Source of the DNA: Gemmatimonadota bacterium
GTDB taxonomy: Bacteria > Gemmatimonadota > Gemmatimonadetes > Palauibacterales > Palauibacteraceae
Reading direction: 5' to 3'
Length of the DNA: 47,204 bases
NCBI GenBank assembly: GCA_029861425.1
Contig: JAOTZH010000002.1
Location: forward strand, 1 to 47,204
Shown: in pieces, positions 16,823 through 26,045 of the stretch
Layout: each line of letters begins with the position of its first letter
How positions within the stretch are numbered: position 1 is the first letter of the stretch
Notes under the pieces: model-generated
Seen by the model: the letters and a program-made list of their open reading frames with translations, nothing else
What the model was told of the DNA's origin: nothing
Database searches by the model: none
Program-made: the position numbers and the translations under genes

Positions 16823-18085
16823 TCAGGTGCCTTCTATCCGTAGCACGAGCGCGTACTGCACGTCCAGCTCGTCCCGCCAGATTCCGTAGATTCGGTCTCC
16901 CAGAAACCGAACCGGCTGGAACCGCTGCGGCATCTCGACGACTCCGAGGAACCGCCCCCCGTTGTCGAACACATCCCAGGTCGGGGATCCGAACCCGAGC
17001 TGTGGATTGAAGTTCTCCAGCTCCTCGTCGTCCAGCTCTGACGGCACCTGCAGGTGCTGGACCCAGATCGTCTCTTCCGGGCCGCCTCGCACGAACGCGA
17101 ACGCCGGGTAGACATCGGCGAAAGCGATCGATCGACGAGCGATCTCGAGGGCCTGCCCGGTGATCCCGAAGTCCTCCCACAGCCGGACCATCGCATCCAG
17201 CAGGAGCTGCTGATCCGACTCCGTGACGAGTCGCGTGTCGGAGGGTTTCGAGACGATCCCCGTCAGCGTGCCGGATTCGTCGTAGCGGTTGAGGCGGTAC
17301 TCATCGTTCACGCCGAAGACGAGGCCATCGCCCGATGTCGCCCACACGGGTTCCGGCGAGAAGAACGTCACCTGCGCTCCGGTGTCGGAGATTTCGATCG
17401 TGCCGCCCGACTCCAGAACCATCAGGGTGTCACGGATCGTCCCGTCGCTGTCGCGCAGGACCAGGACGTCGTTGGGGTCCGCTACGGTCTCCTGGCCAGG
17501 GAAGTTCAACGGCCGCAGCTGGCTGATGATCCCGCCGTCCTCACGATCGAGCCAGGCGAGCGGGATGCCCGAGGTGAAGTCGAGCGCGAAGCTGCCGAGC
17601 GCCGTGCCATCCGGTGCGAAGCGGTTGACGCGACGGTTGGTCACATCCGGGACGACGATCGTATCGCCTGCGGCCACCAACACCGGTCCCGCGCCGAGCG
17701 CGAACTCGCCGGGCCCGGACCCCGGTCCCCCCACCTTCTGGAGGTACCTTCCGTCGCTGGAGAAGAACCGCAGCTCCTGCGCCTGCTGATCGAAGACGGC
17801 GATCCTTCCGTCGGCGAGGGCGGCGACCCCGCTGATCTGACCGAACTGGTACTCGGGGTCACCCGCGGTCGTGCCGATTCGAAGCTCTTCCGTGACCGTC
17901 CACGCGTCGGCGCTCGCCCAGACGCCGTTATCGGTGTTCTCGACAATGACGACCCCTGACGAATCGCGAACCGTCCCGTCCCAACCACCCCCCGATGCGT
18001 CCGCGCCACCGCCGGTACACCCCGAGAGCATCGCGGCGCCTGCTACCAACAACGCCGCCCGCGTCCTGATCCTGATGGTTCTCAT
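16823..18085 (-). CDS. 6-bladed beta-propeller family lipoprotein
   Basis: ORF 16823..18160 trimmed to ATG 18085 (MRTIRIRTRAALLVAGAAMLSGC-TGG lipobox). Repeated motifs such as FFSSDGRYLQKVGGPGSGPGEFALG are typical of this propeller family. Confidence 0.7.
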   Translation of the reverse strand: MRTIRIRTRAALLVAGAAMLSGCTGGGADASGGGWDGTVRDSSGVVIVENTDNGVWASADAWTVTEELRIGTTAGDPEYQFGQISGVAALADGRIAVFDQQAQELRFFSSDGRYLQKVGGPGSGPGEFALGAGPVLVAAGDTIVVPDVTNRRVNRFAPDGTALGSFALDFTSGIPLAWLDREDGGIISQLRPLNFPGQETVADPNDVLVLRDSDGTIRDTLMVLESGGTIEISDTGAQVTFFSPEPVWATSGDGLVFGVNDEYRLNRYDESGTLTGIVSKPSDTRLVTESDQQLLLDAMVRLWEDFGITGQALEIARRSIAFADVYPAFAFVRGGPEETIWVQHLQVPSELDDEELENFNPQLGFGSPTWDVFDNGGRFLGVVEMPQRFQPVRFLGDRIYGIWRDELDVQYALVLRIEGT

Positions 18086-18281
18086 CGACTCCACCCCTGG
18101 TTCCGGTGCACTGGCGCCTCCGCGGCCCAATCGTAGCCCTCCGGTGTCGCCCAGACACACGGTGTACCCGGCGGAGGGCCAAGGTATTCCGAGTCATGGG
18201 GGGGTGCTTCCAGAAAGCCGCCGTGACATCGTCATGCGATACGGGTCCCACACGACGACTTCGATCTACCGGGGTAACCAG

Positions 18282-18836
18282 ATGATTCGCCACGTCAGTT
18301 CTTGCGCCCGGAACGCCGGCGCCGTTGCTGCATTCGCGCTTGCGCTCTTCGCGTTCCCTGCCGCAGCCCAGAAGGCGACGTTCACCGAAGACTTCGGCAC
18401 GCTCAACGAAAAGTTCAGTTCTCTTGCCGACGCGATGGGAGCGGACACCTACGGCTGGCGGCCGATGGAAGGCGTCCGGTCCGTCAGCGAGGTCTATATG
18501 CTGATTGCCGCCGAAGCCTACTTCATGCCGAGCTTCTGGGGCGCCGATCCGCCCGAGGGCATGGAGATCACCAACCAGGTCTTCGGAGAGCTCTCGCAGA
18601 TCACCGAGAAGGACGCGGTCCTCGAACACCTCGAGAAGTCGTTCGCCTACGCGACGGCCGAGTTCGAGAAGCTGTCCGACGACGCCATGGAAGAAGTGAT
18701 CCCCTTTTTCGGACAGGAGCGCTCGATCGCGGACGCAATCTACCTCCTGCTCACCGACATGCACGAACACCTCGGGCAGGCGATCGCCTACGCGCGGACC
18801 AACGAAGTCGTTCCGCCCTGGAGCGCGGGCAGCTGA
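18282..18836 (+). CDS. DinB-superfamily protein with predicted signal peptide
   Basis: ORF 17871..18836 trimmed to ATG 18282 (MIRHVSSCARNAGAVAAFALALFAFPAAAQ). DinB-like helices with conserved His positions (...LLLTDMHEHLGQAIAYAR). Confidence 0.7.
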   Translation: MIRHVSSCARNAGAVAAFALALFAFPAAAQKATFTEDFGTLNEKFSSLADAMGADTYGWRPMEGVRSVSEVYMLIAAEAYFMPSFWGADPPEGMEITNQVFGELSQITEKDAVLEHLEKSFAYATAEFEKLSDDAMEEVIPFFGQERSIADAIYLLLTDMHEHLGQAIAYARTNEVVPPWSAGS

Positions 18837-18860
18837 ACACCCCGGGTTGCTCCGCGCCGT

Positions 18861-20081
18861 CTACGTGACGACGCGGGGCAGCCGGGCGCTGAGGTGCATC
18901 AGGACGTCATAGACGGAGATCCCGGCCCGCTCGGAGATTTCGTTCGGGTGTATCGCGGGATGGTCGGGGCCGACAAGGACCGCTTCGTCACCGACATCTA
19001 CCGCGCGCGTGGGCCCGATCTCGACGATCGTATGGCTCGCGGACACCGCACCGATGACCGGATACGTGCGGGGGCCGATCAAGACTTCGCACCCGTCGAC
19101 GGCACGGCGAGGATACCCGTCGGCGTGGCCGACCGGGAGCGTCGCCACCCAGGTCGGTTGGGTGGCGACATACTCCCGACCGTAGCTCACGCCGTCCCCT
19201 TCCGAGAGTCGGCTGACACGTGCCACCCGGGCCTTCATCCGAAACGCCGGGACCAGGGAAGCCGAGTTCGCGTCACGCGCGCCCGCCGGATACGCCCCGA
19301 AGATCGCGAGACCGGGCCTCACGAGATCGAGGTGTGCCTCCGGACGGAAGAACAGCCCGTGCGACGAGGCGGCGTGCTGGAGTCCGAGGGCGGCCCCGGA
19401 GCGCTTCGCCACCTCCGTGACCTCGCGAAAACGACGGAGCTGGACCGCATCGAAATCGTCGTCCTCGGCGAACCCCATGAAGACACCTTCGACGGTGGCG
19501 TGGCCGCTCGAAGCGAGCTCGGAGAGGAACGCGGATGCGCTGCGAAACGGAACCCCGAGTCGACTCATCCCCGTATCGAGATAGGCATGAACGCGCACAC
19601 GGCTGCCGACGCGCCCGGCGATGCGGGCGATCTGCTCTCCCGCCCTTTCGTCCGTGGTAGCCAGCCGGACTCCACGGCGAACCAGCTCTTCGCCGTCCCC
19701 ATCATCGACCCGGGCCATCAACAGAACCGGTTTGTCGAGCCCCGCATCGACCAGCTCGTGGGCCGCTCCCGGCGTGACGACGGCGGCCCCGGCCACCTCA
19801 TCCACATCCCGCAGGATCCGGCCGAGAAGGCCGACCCCGAGTCCGTAGCCGTTGTTCTTGACCACCGCGAGAACGGGTCGTCCACCAGCGAGCCGCGCCA
19901 CCTCGCGGGCGTTCGATGCCACCGCCGCGGCGTCCAACTCGAGCCACGGTTCGAAGGGTGTCGTCGGTGACGATGCGAAGGCGCCGGTGGCTCGGACCGG
20001 GTCCGTCAGCGCCGAGATCGCCGCGCCGGTGGTGAGGGCGCTCGCTGAGGCCGACAGAAACGAGCGGCGTGACCAGGGCAT
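18861..20081 (-). CDS. Alanine racemase-family PLP enzyme with twin-arginine signal peptide
   Basis: ORF trimmed to ATG 20081: MPWSRRSFLSASASALTTGAAISALTDPVRA is a Tat consensus (SRRxFL). PLP-lysine block PVLAVVKNNGYGLG. C-terminal blocks GDGVSYGREY and ATLPVGHADGYPR match alanine racemase. Confidence 0.8.
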   Translation of the reverse strand: MPWSRRSFLSASASALTTGAAISALTDPVRATGAFASSPTTPFEPWLELDAAAVASNAREVARLAGGRPVLAVVKNNGYGLGVGLLGRILRDVDEVAGAAVVTPGAAHELVDAGLDKPVLLMARVDDGDGEELVRRGVRLATTDERAGEQIARIAGRVGSRVRVHAYLDTGMSRLGVPFRSASAFLSELASSGHATVEGVFMGFAEDDDFDAVQLRRFREVTEVAKRSGAALGLQHAASSHGLFFRPEAHLDLVRPGLAIFGAYPAGARDANSASLVPAFRMKARVARVSRLSEGDGVSYGREYVATQPTWVATLPVGHADGYPRRAVDGCEVLIGPRTYPVIGAVSASHTIVEIGPTRAVDVGDEAVLVGPDHPAIHPNEISERAGISVYDVLMHLSARLPRVVT

Positions 20082-20133
20082 GTCGACGACTCCTTGCCCG
20101 CCGCGAGCCGTATCGGCGGGGCGTTCGGGCCGG

Positions 20134-20622
20134 TCAGTCGATCGGGTCCCATCTCGCGGCATCGACAGCCGCCGTGATGTGCATCACCCAACCGAGCAGG
20201 ATGATCCAGAGTAGCGCGGACGCCCCGAACATGGCGAACCCCCGCCCCGGCCGTCCCTGCGTGACCTGCCCCAGCCCGGGGATCCAGAGCGACAGAAGTG
20301 CTGGCGCGATGTTTCCGCCGGATGGTCGAGTGGGCGGCCGGGTGCCGGTGACCGCGGACAGCGCCTGGCCCTCCACCTGCTGAACGATCTCCCTCGCCCC
20401 GCTCTGCGTGAGGCCATACGTACCGGCGAGCTGATCGGCGATGGGAGCCTTCGGCACCCCCGCCAGGAGCTGTTCGTAGACCCAGAGGTGCGTATCCGGA
20501 TCGAGCCCATAGATGGGAGCGGGCGCGGGCACGCCCGCGGGTTGCGGGACGCCGCACCGCAGGCAGGTCGGGGCCTCCGAGCTGACCTCGATGCCGCACT
20601 CTCTGCACTGGACCAACGCCAC
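20134..20622 (-). CDS. Zinc-ribbon membrane protein (hypothetical)
   Basis: ORF 20134..20814 trimmed to GTG 20622 (AGGAG 6 nt upstream): VALVQCRECGIEVSSEAPTCLRCG..., then a Pro-rich linker and a C-terminal hydrophobic hairpin LLSLWIPGLGQVTQGRPGRGFAMFGASALLWIILLGWVMHI. Confidence 0.5.
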   Translation of the reverse strand: MALVQCRECGIEVSSEAPTCLRCGVPQPAGVPAPAPIYGLDPDTHLWVYEQLLAGVPKAPIADQLAGTYGLTQSGAREIVQQVEGQALSAVTGTRPPTRPSGGNIAPALLSLWIPGLGQVTQGRPGRGFAMFGASALLWIILLGWVMHITAAVDAARWDPID

Positions 20623-20794
20623 CGTCGTCTCCTGCCCTCGGATCTTTCCGCACCCTGCGCCCGTAGTGAGGTACGGGAACACGACGCCCATGGTTCCGGG
20701 AGCTGCACACAACGCGCCAGGGATCGTTGCGTGCCCCGTCGGGTAGCCCGAAACAGGTGTACCGACGATACCACCTCCGAAAGGAGTTGGCTGT

Positions 20795-21238
20795 ATGACA
20801 CAGCCCGCGACCATAGTCGATCAGGATACCGACATGCGCGCGACCGAGCGCCGCCGAGGCCTCGCACTTCTCGCCGCCGCCACCGGCGGCGCCCTCTCCA
20901 CCCCTCTCGCCGGCATCGCCGTCGGAGATCTGGCAACGTGGGAGTTCCTTGGGGTGCCGAAGCGAATCGATGCGCTGGAGCGCTTCCGCAGAGCGGTGGA
21001 CGGAGACGCGATCCGCAGGCTCGCCGAGGACTATCTGGACGCGAGTCACGACCCCCCTTCGGCCGCTTGGCTGGTCGCGCGGGTGCTCGAGGAAGCGGAC
21101 CCGGACGAGGACGTCCGGGCCTACATGCGCCGCAAGGTTACGGCCGACTACGAGGCGCTACGCACCCATAGCTTCGATGGGTGGCTCGTCTCGAGGACGG
21201 AGGCCCGTCTGCTCTCGGTCCTGGCGCTGACCGCCTGA
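20795..21238 (+). CDS. Hypothetical small protein with Tat-like N-terminus
   Basis: ATG 20795 preceded by AAGGAG at 8 nt. High third-position GC. N-terminus ...MRATERRRGLALLAAATGGALSTPLAG. No family recognised. Confidence 0.5.
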   Translation: MTQPATIVDQDTDMRATERRRGLALLAAATGGALSTPLAGIAVGDLATWEFLGVPKRIDALERFRRAVDGDAIRRLAEDYLDASHDPPSAAWLVARVLEEADPDEDVRAYMRRKVTADYEALRTHSFDGWLVSRTEARLLSVLALTA

Positions 21239-21239
21239 G

Positions 21240-24092
21240 CTACGGGGCGGCGGCTTCGATGGCTGCCATTACCGCGCTGCGCCACGCCAGATAGTCGGCC
21301 GGGTCCTGCGCGTACTCGCCCAGCCCCGTGATGATGGGGATCTCGAGCAGCGGATTCGACGGGTCCAGGTCCTCGAGGAGATACAGCATTTCCAGGTCCT
21401 CGAAGCCGTCGCGAAGGCCGAGCAGCCGCAACGACGGGTAGATCTCCCGGTCGGTGGCGGGATAGATCAGCGATCCGTCCAGCGAGTGCGAATCGACGTC
21501 CCAGTCGACGCGTAGCTCGTTACCCTCGACCGGGTGATAATTGCCCATCCCGCCTACCCACAGCATGTCCCAGTACTCGAACCCGCTGATCCGGTACGCA
21601 TAGCTGAGCGGCCCGATGATGCGGGCGTCGATGAGCGGAAATTCGATGAAGAGATTCGGGTGCGTGGCCGGCCAGATGTTGACGTTCCACCAAATCTCCC
21701 GCAGTGCCTCCGGATTGGCCTGACGATGACCCTCGGTGTCCATCACATCGTAGAAGCCGAGGTTGATGTCCAGCGCATCGAAGAACCCGAGAAACTGCGG
21801 GATGATCTGCCGGTTGTTCTGGTTCGTGTTCTGCATGAACCGCAGATCCGTGCCCACCGCCTCGCGGACCAGCGTGAACGTGCGCTTGGAGTGTTCGACC
21901 TCTTCCCCCCAGGGCTCGTCGATGCCGTAGACATACGCCATGTCGAGGAGGCCACGTCCCCGCAGGTGGTCCCGGTACTCACGCAGATAGGCGGTGAGCG
22001 CGGGAGGCCGCTCGGCGTTGCCCCCCGGCGGACGCCACACGTTGGCGGTGAGGGCGACGAAGAAGTGGTTCGCTCCCCGGTCCAACATGAAGTCGATGAG
22101 CAGGTCAGTTCGCGCCGGGTTGAACCTCGGCCCCGCGCCTCCGCCCAGATCGTGGGTGGGGAACGCCGAGCGGGTATTGCCTCGCCGGGGCGCGTTCCAG
22201 CTTCGCAGCCCGTTGGCCAGATAGACGGTCGGCGGCAGCCGGTACTCGAACCCCAGCTCCGCGAGGCGAAGCATGTCCCGGAGGGCGGTTTCCCCTTCCG
22301 GGCGCGGATACCCCAGCCTGCCGGGCCACATGCGCGCCGGGGCGCCCCAGTCCGCGAGATTGGTCGTCTTGAACCTCGGGGTGTCGGGAACCCTGACGTC
22401 CCGTACGCGGACCACGAGCTCACGCTCGACCGACGTGCCTCCCCCCTCGACGACGATCCGCCCCGAGTACTCGCCTGGGACCTCGTTGCGCGTCGTTCTG
22501 ACACTGACGAGGAACGGCTGGGCGACGCCGGCCTCGAGATCCACCGGTTGATTGGGGAGCAGCGGATCGGGATGCCACCCCGTACGCCCACCCTCGACCT
22601 TCGGTTCGACCAGGTTCACGTAGCCGACGGTCCTGATCTCGAAGCCATGCGTGGGAATCGTCACCCCGTCCGGTCCCGTCAGCTCCGTGACGGCGACCCG
22701 TACGTCTTCGACCGCTTCGGTCGGGAACAAGACGATCTGCACACCCTCGGTCTCGTTTCGCGCCACCTCGATCTCCACCCGCTCGTCGAAGTGACCCGGG
22801 AAGACGTCGACCGGGTCCTCTGCGAAGACCTTCGCGAACGAAGGGGCGACGCCGACCGTGAACGGAACGCGCTCGGCCGGCTCGTTCGCCGCCGGGCCGT
22901 CCGTTCGATCCGTCCTGGCCTGGAGAATCCGACCGATCAGCTCGTTCACCTGAGGGCCGTCAATCCAGCGTGAGACGAGGACGAGGTCGTGGTCCGGGTC
23001 GACCCATATCGTGGAGGTCGACCCGGCCCCGAGCGCGAAGAAGCTGGATTCGGGAGCGTGAGGAAACTGCTCGCGTTCCGTGTTGAGCCACCACATGAAG
23101 CCGTAGTTGGGCTGGATCGAAGGCGTGAGCGACTCGGCGATCCACTCCCGCGACAGGATTCGACGGTCTCCCCACACGCCGTCACGCGACATCAGGAGCC
23201 CGAAGCGCGCGTGGTCCCGGCTCGATATCACCATTCCGCCGCCCCAGTGACCGCCACCGCTCACGGACTGGAGCCGCTCCCCGTTCACGTCGACCCACGA
23301 CGTCTCGTATCCGTTCCACTCCCAGGTGTCCGACGCGCCGATGGGATCCATGATCCCTTCGCGCAGGACGACAGGGAGCGGCGTCTCGAACAGACGGAGC
23401 GCGGACAGCGCGAGCCGGTTCACGCGAACGTCGTTGTACTCCCAGAACGTCCCCGGAGTCTGTAGTTCGCGATCGATGCCGCGACGGCGATCCGCCTCGT
23501 CCGGCTTCCCGAACAGCGTGCCCTCCCACTCGGACAGCTGTTGGAGGTGCTGACGCCAGGTGATTCTCGAGTTGTGCGGCGAATCGAAGCCGCCGTCGCT
23601 GATGAGATCGCGGACCGGTGCGTCGAGATCCGGGATCAGTCCCTGGTCCCGTGCCAGGCCCACGACAGCGGACAGGTAGCTCTTCGTAACGCTGAACGTC
23701 ATGTCCGGGCGCCGCGTGTCACCCCACTCGGCGACGATGTACCCGTCGTGCAGGAGGATTCCGTTCACTCCGCCACGGTCTTGCGTCGGCCCCACGATGT
23801 CCTGCCATCGCTGGCCCTCGAAACGGTCGCGGAGATACTGGCCGGGGTCCGACGGCATCGACGTCTCGTTCGCGAGCGCCCATTCGATGGCCGCGGCGAG
23901 CCCGGCCGGATCGAACCCCGCATCCGCGGGATCGCGGCGCTCCCAGTCATCCCCCGCCCCGGGGACGTAGGACCCGGAGCCGACGGGTGGCGTGTCCGCG
24001 GCGAACGCAGCGCTCCCGAGGTCGTCGGGCGCGGCGCACCCCGTGCCCCAAGAGAACGCGAGAAAGGCGAGGAGTCGGATATCGCGTCTCAT
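21240..24092 (-). CDS. Fusion lipoprotein: N-terminal beta-lactamase-family serine hydrolase + C-terminal DUF4091/GH123-like domain
   Basis: ORF trimmed to ATG 24092 (MRRDIRLLAFLAFSWGTGC-AAP lipobox). SxxK motif in MTFSVTKSYLSAVVGLA within a beta-lactamase-like domain of roughly 390 aa (about 22921-24092). Linker RTDRTDGPAANEPAE at 22861-22920. The C-terminal roughly 540 aa has the pattern I associate with DUF4091 (EVARNETEGVQIVLFP..., GWHPDPLLP, ...GFEYWDMLW). Confidence 0.75.
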   Translation of the reverse strand: MRRDIRLLAFLAFSWGTGCAAPDDLGSAAFAADTPPVGSGSYVPGAGDDWERRDPADAGFDPAGLAAAIEWALANETSMPSDPGQYLRDRFEGQRWQDIVGPTQDRGGVNGILLHDGYIVAEWGDTRRPDMTFSVTKSYLSAVVGLARDQGLIPDLDAPVRDLISDGGFDSPHNSRITWRQHLQQLSEWEGTLFGKPDEADRRRGIDRELQTPGTFWEYNDVRVNRLALSALRLFETPLPVVLREGIMDPIGASDTWEWNGYETSWVDVNGERLQSVSGGGHWGGGMVISSRDHARFGLLMSRDGVWGDRRILSREWIAESLTPSIQPNYGFMWWLNTEREQFPHAPESSFFALGAGSTSTIWVDPDHDLVLVSRWIDGPQVNELIGRILQARTDRTDGPAANEPAERVPFTVGVAPSFAKVFAEDPVDVFPGHFDERVEIEVARNETEGVQIVLFPTEAVEDVRVAVTELTGPDGVTIPTHGFEIRTVGYVNLVEPKVEGGRTGWHPDPLLPNQPVDLEAGVAQPFLVSVRTTRNEVPGEYSGRIVVEGGGTSVERELVVRVRDVRVPDTPRFKTTNLADWGAPARMWPGRLGYPRPEGETALRDMLRLAELGFEYRLPPTVYLANGLRSWNAPRRGNTRSAFPTHDLGGGAGPRFNPARTDLLIDFMLDRGANHFFVALTANVWRPPGGNAERPPALTAYLREYRDHLRGRGLLDMAYVYGIDEPWGEEVEHSKRTFTLVREAVGTDLRFMQNTNQNNRQIIPQFLGFFDALDINLGFYDVMDTEGHRQANPEALREIWWNVNIWPATHPNLFIEFPLIDARIIGPLSYAYRISGFEYWDMLWVGGMGNYHPVEGNELRVDWDVDSHSLDGSLIYPATDREIYPSLRLLGLRDGFEDLEMLYLLEDLDPSNPLLEIPIITGLGEYAQDPADYLAWRSAVMAAIEAAAP

Positions 24093-24099
24093 GCGATCG

Positions 24100-24864
24100 T
24101 CACCCCCATTTCGGAGGTCTCCCCTCGCCGTATGCGACGCGGGCCTCCGCATGGTCGGATGACGACGTGCAGATCCGCTGGCGTCGCAGGTACTCCTCGA
24201 AGAACTGCGGCTGCGAGAGGTCGGCGTGGAGTGCCAGAAGCACCTTGGACTGTCGCGCGCCTTCTGAACACGTCGCGAGGTATCTGGGGATCAGCGCCTC
24301 CACCTCGTCCTCGAGGCGGTCCGGCTCGACCACGTGGTCCACGAGGCCCATCCCGTGAGCCGACCGTCCGTCGACGTTCTCGCCGGACAGGATGAACCAC
24401 TTCGCTCGACCCCAGCCCACGTAGCGTGGCAGGCGAAAGGTCGACAGTCCCGGGACGATACTCTCGTTGATCGCCGGAAGCCCGATCATGCAATCGCTCG
24501 TGGAGATTCGAATGTCCGAGGCGAGCGCGAGTTGCAGACCGCCACCGAGGGCGTAGCCGTGGATGGCGCATATCACGAACCGCTCCATGGTCTCGACTGT
24601 CCGCAACGCGCGGTCCCACTGCTCGTAGTACTCCTGCGGCGTCTCGCCTGACGAAAGCTGCTTGAGGTCGATCCCGGTGCAAAACGCGCGCCCGGCCCCC
24701 CGTATCACCAGCATTCTCGCGTCCGGATCGTCCCGGACCGTTTCGACGGCCCGGTTGAGGTCCAGGGTACCCTGGTAGTTCATCGCGTTCAGCAGGTCGG
24801 GACGGTTGAGCGTCAGGCGCGCGACCTTCCCCTCCCGCTCGAGGGTCATGGTGTCGAGTTCCAT
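24100..24864 (-). CDS. Enoyl-CoA hydratase/isomerase (crotonase) family protein
   Basis: ORF trimmed to ATG 24864. MELDTMTLEREGKVARLTLNRPDLLNAMN...MLVIRGAGRAFCTGIDLK...AIHGYALGGGLQLALASDIRI are crotonase signatures. The stop lies 7 nt before the next gene's start. Confidence 0.85.
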   Translation of the reverse strand: MELDTMTLEREGKVARLTLNRPDLLNAMNYQGTLDLNRAVETVRDDPDARMLVIRGAGRAFCTGIDLKQLSSGETPQEYYEQWDRALRTVETMERFVICAIHGYALGGGLQLALASDIRISTSDCMIGLPAINESIVPGLSTFRLPRYVGWGRAKWFILSGENVDGRSAHGMGLVDHVVEPDRLEDEVEALIPRYLATCSEGARQSKVLLALHADLSQPQFFEEYLRRQRICTSSSDHAEARVAYGEGRPPKWG

Positions 24865-24944
24865 CGTGCTCCTCGCGTGGGCGTGATCGTCAGGATCTGG
24901 AACCATGCTTCCCCGCGAGGCTCCCGCCCCGCAAGGTCGCGGCG

Positions 24945-26039
24945 TCACCGGGCGAGGCTCGTGAGCTCCGCCGTCACGGCCGCGGTGAAGGACACCGTGT
25001 CCATCGGCGGCAGAGGCGTAGGCGCATCCGAAGCAGGGCTCAAATCGGGAGTGCGGTGGCCGGCGGCGAGCGTGCGGTCGACCGCTGCTTCGAGGCGGCG
25101 GGCTTCCGCCGTCAAGCCGAACGTGTGCTCGAGCATCAAGCCCACCGACGCGATGGCTCCCAGCGGATTGGCCACACCCGAGCCCGCGATGTCGGGCGCC
25201 GATCCGTGGACCGGCTCATAGAGGTCCGTCTCTCCGCCCAGGCTGGCCGACCCCAGCGGCCCGAGCGACCCGGCAAGCGCCGCCGCCCCGTCGCTGAGGA
25301 TGTCCCCGAACAGGTTGGCGGTCAGGATCACGTCGAACCGGTCCGGTCGGACCACGACTTCGAGCGCCGCTCGATCCACGAGCATGTGCTCGGTCGCTAC
25401 GGATGGGTAGTCGTCGGCGAGCGATTCGACGGTCGAGCGCCACAGACGCGACACCTCGAGCACGTTCGCCTTGTCTACAGACGTGAGCTGTCCGCGCCGT
25501 TCCGCCGCGAGCCCGAACGCGACGCGGGCGATGCGTTCGATCTCTCCGGTATCGTACTCGAGCGTGTTCCAGGCCCTCCCCACATCTTCGTCGAGTCCGC
25601 GTGGCTCCCCGTAGTAGATGCCGCCTCCGAGCTCGCGAACGATGAGGATATCCGTCCCCCGGCAGATGTCCGGACGCACGGCCGAGTACCGCACCAGGCC
25701 CGACGAGACGCGCACCGGCCGTAGATTCGCGTAGCAACCCAGCTCCTGTCTCAGCTGCAACAGGCCCTGCACCGGCCGCTCGACCGGGGGCAGACGGTCG
25801 GCCGATGGGTCGCCGACCGCGCCAAGCAGAACGGCGTCCGCGGAGCGACATGCCGCCAGGGTACGGGCGGGGAGCGGTTCAAGGCCGTCCCGCATGCCGG
25901 CCCACCCGATGGGGTGCTCCCCCGCGACGACCCGGTGCCCGCCGTCCCGGGCGATGACATGGAGGAGCTCGAGGCCCGCCGACGTCACCTCGGGTCCGAC
26001 GCCGTCGCCCGGCAGGACGGCGATGCGCAGGTCAGCCAC
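24945..26039 (-). CDS. leuB: 3-isopropylmalate dehydrogenase (beta-decarboxylating dehydrogenase family)
   Basis: Collinear with E. coli LeuB as I recall it: IAVLPGDGVGPEV, VRELGGGIYYGEPRG, TSVDKANVL, ANLFGDILSD, LYEPVHGSAPDIAG. No leuCD adjacent. Confidence 0.8.
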   Translation of the reverse strand: MADLRIAVLPGDGVGPEVTSAGLELLHVIARDGGHRVVAGEHPIGWAGMRDGLEPLPARTLAACRSADAVLLGAVGDPSADRLPPVERPVQGLLQLRQELGCYANLRPVRVSSGLVRYSAVRPDICRGTDILIVRELGGGIYYGEPRGLDEDVGRAWNTLEYDTGEIERIARVAFGLAAERRGQLTSVDKANVLEVSRLWRSTVESLADDYPSVATEHMLVDRAALEVVVRPDRFDVILTANLFGDILSDGAAALAGSLGPLGSASLGGETDLYEPVHGSAPDIAGSGVANPLGAIASVGLMLEHTFGLTAEARRLEAAVDRTLAAGHRTPDLSPASDAPTPLPPMDTVSFTAAVTAELTSLAR

Positions 26040-26045
26040 GGGCAG

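Noticed and set aside
24945-26039. Reassigning the leuB-like gene outright as a tartrate or D-malate dehydrogenase because of its non-leucine neighbourhood.
   Set aside because: The sequence is collinear with LeuB across all the blocks I can recall, and family members cannot be discriminated without a phylogeny. I kept the leuB call and recorded the context as a finding.
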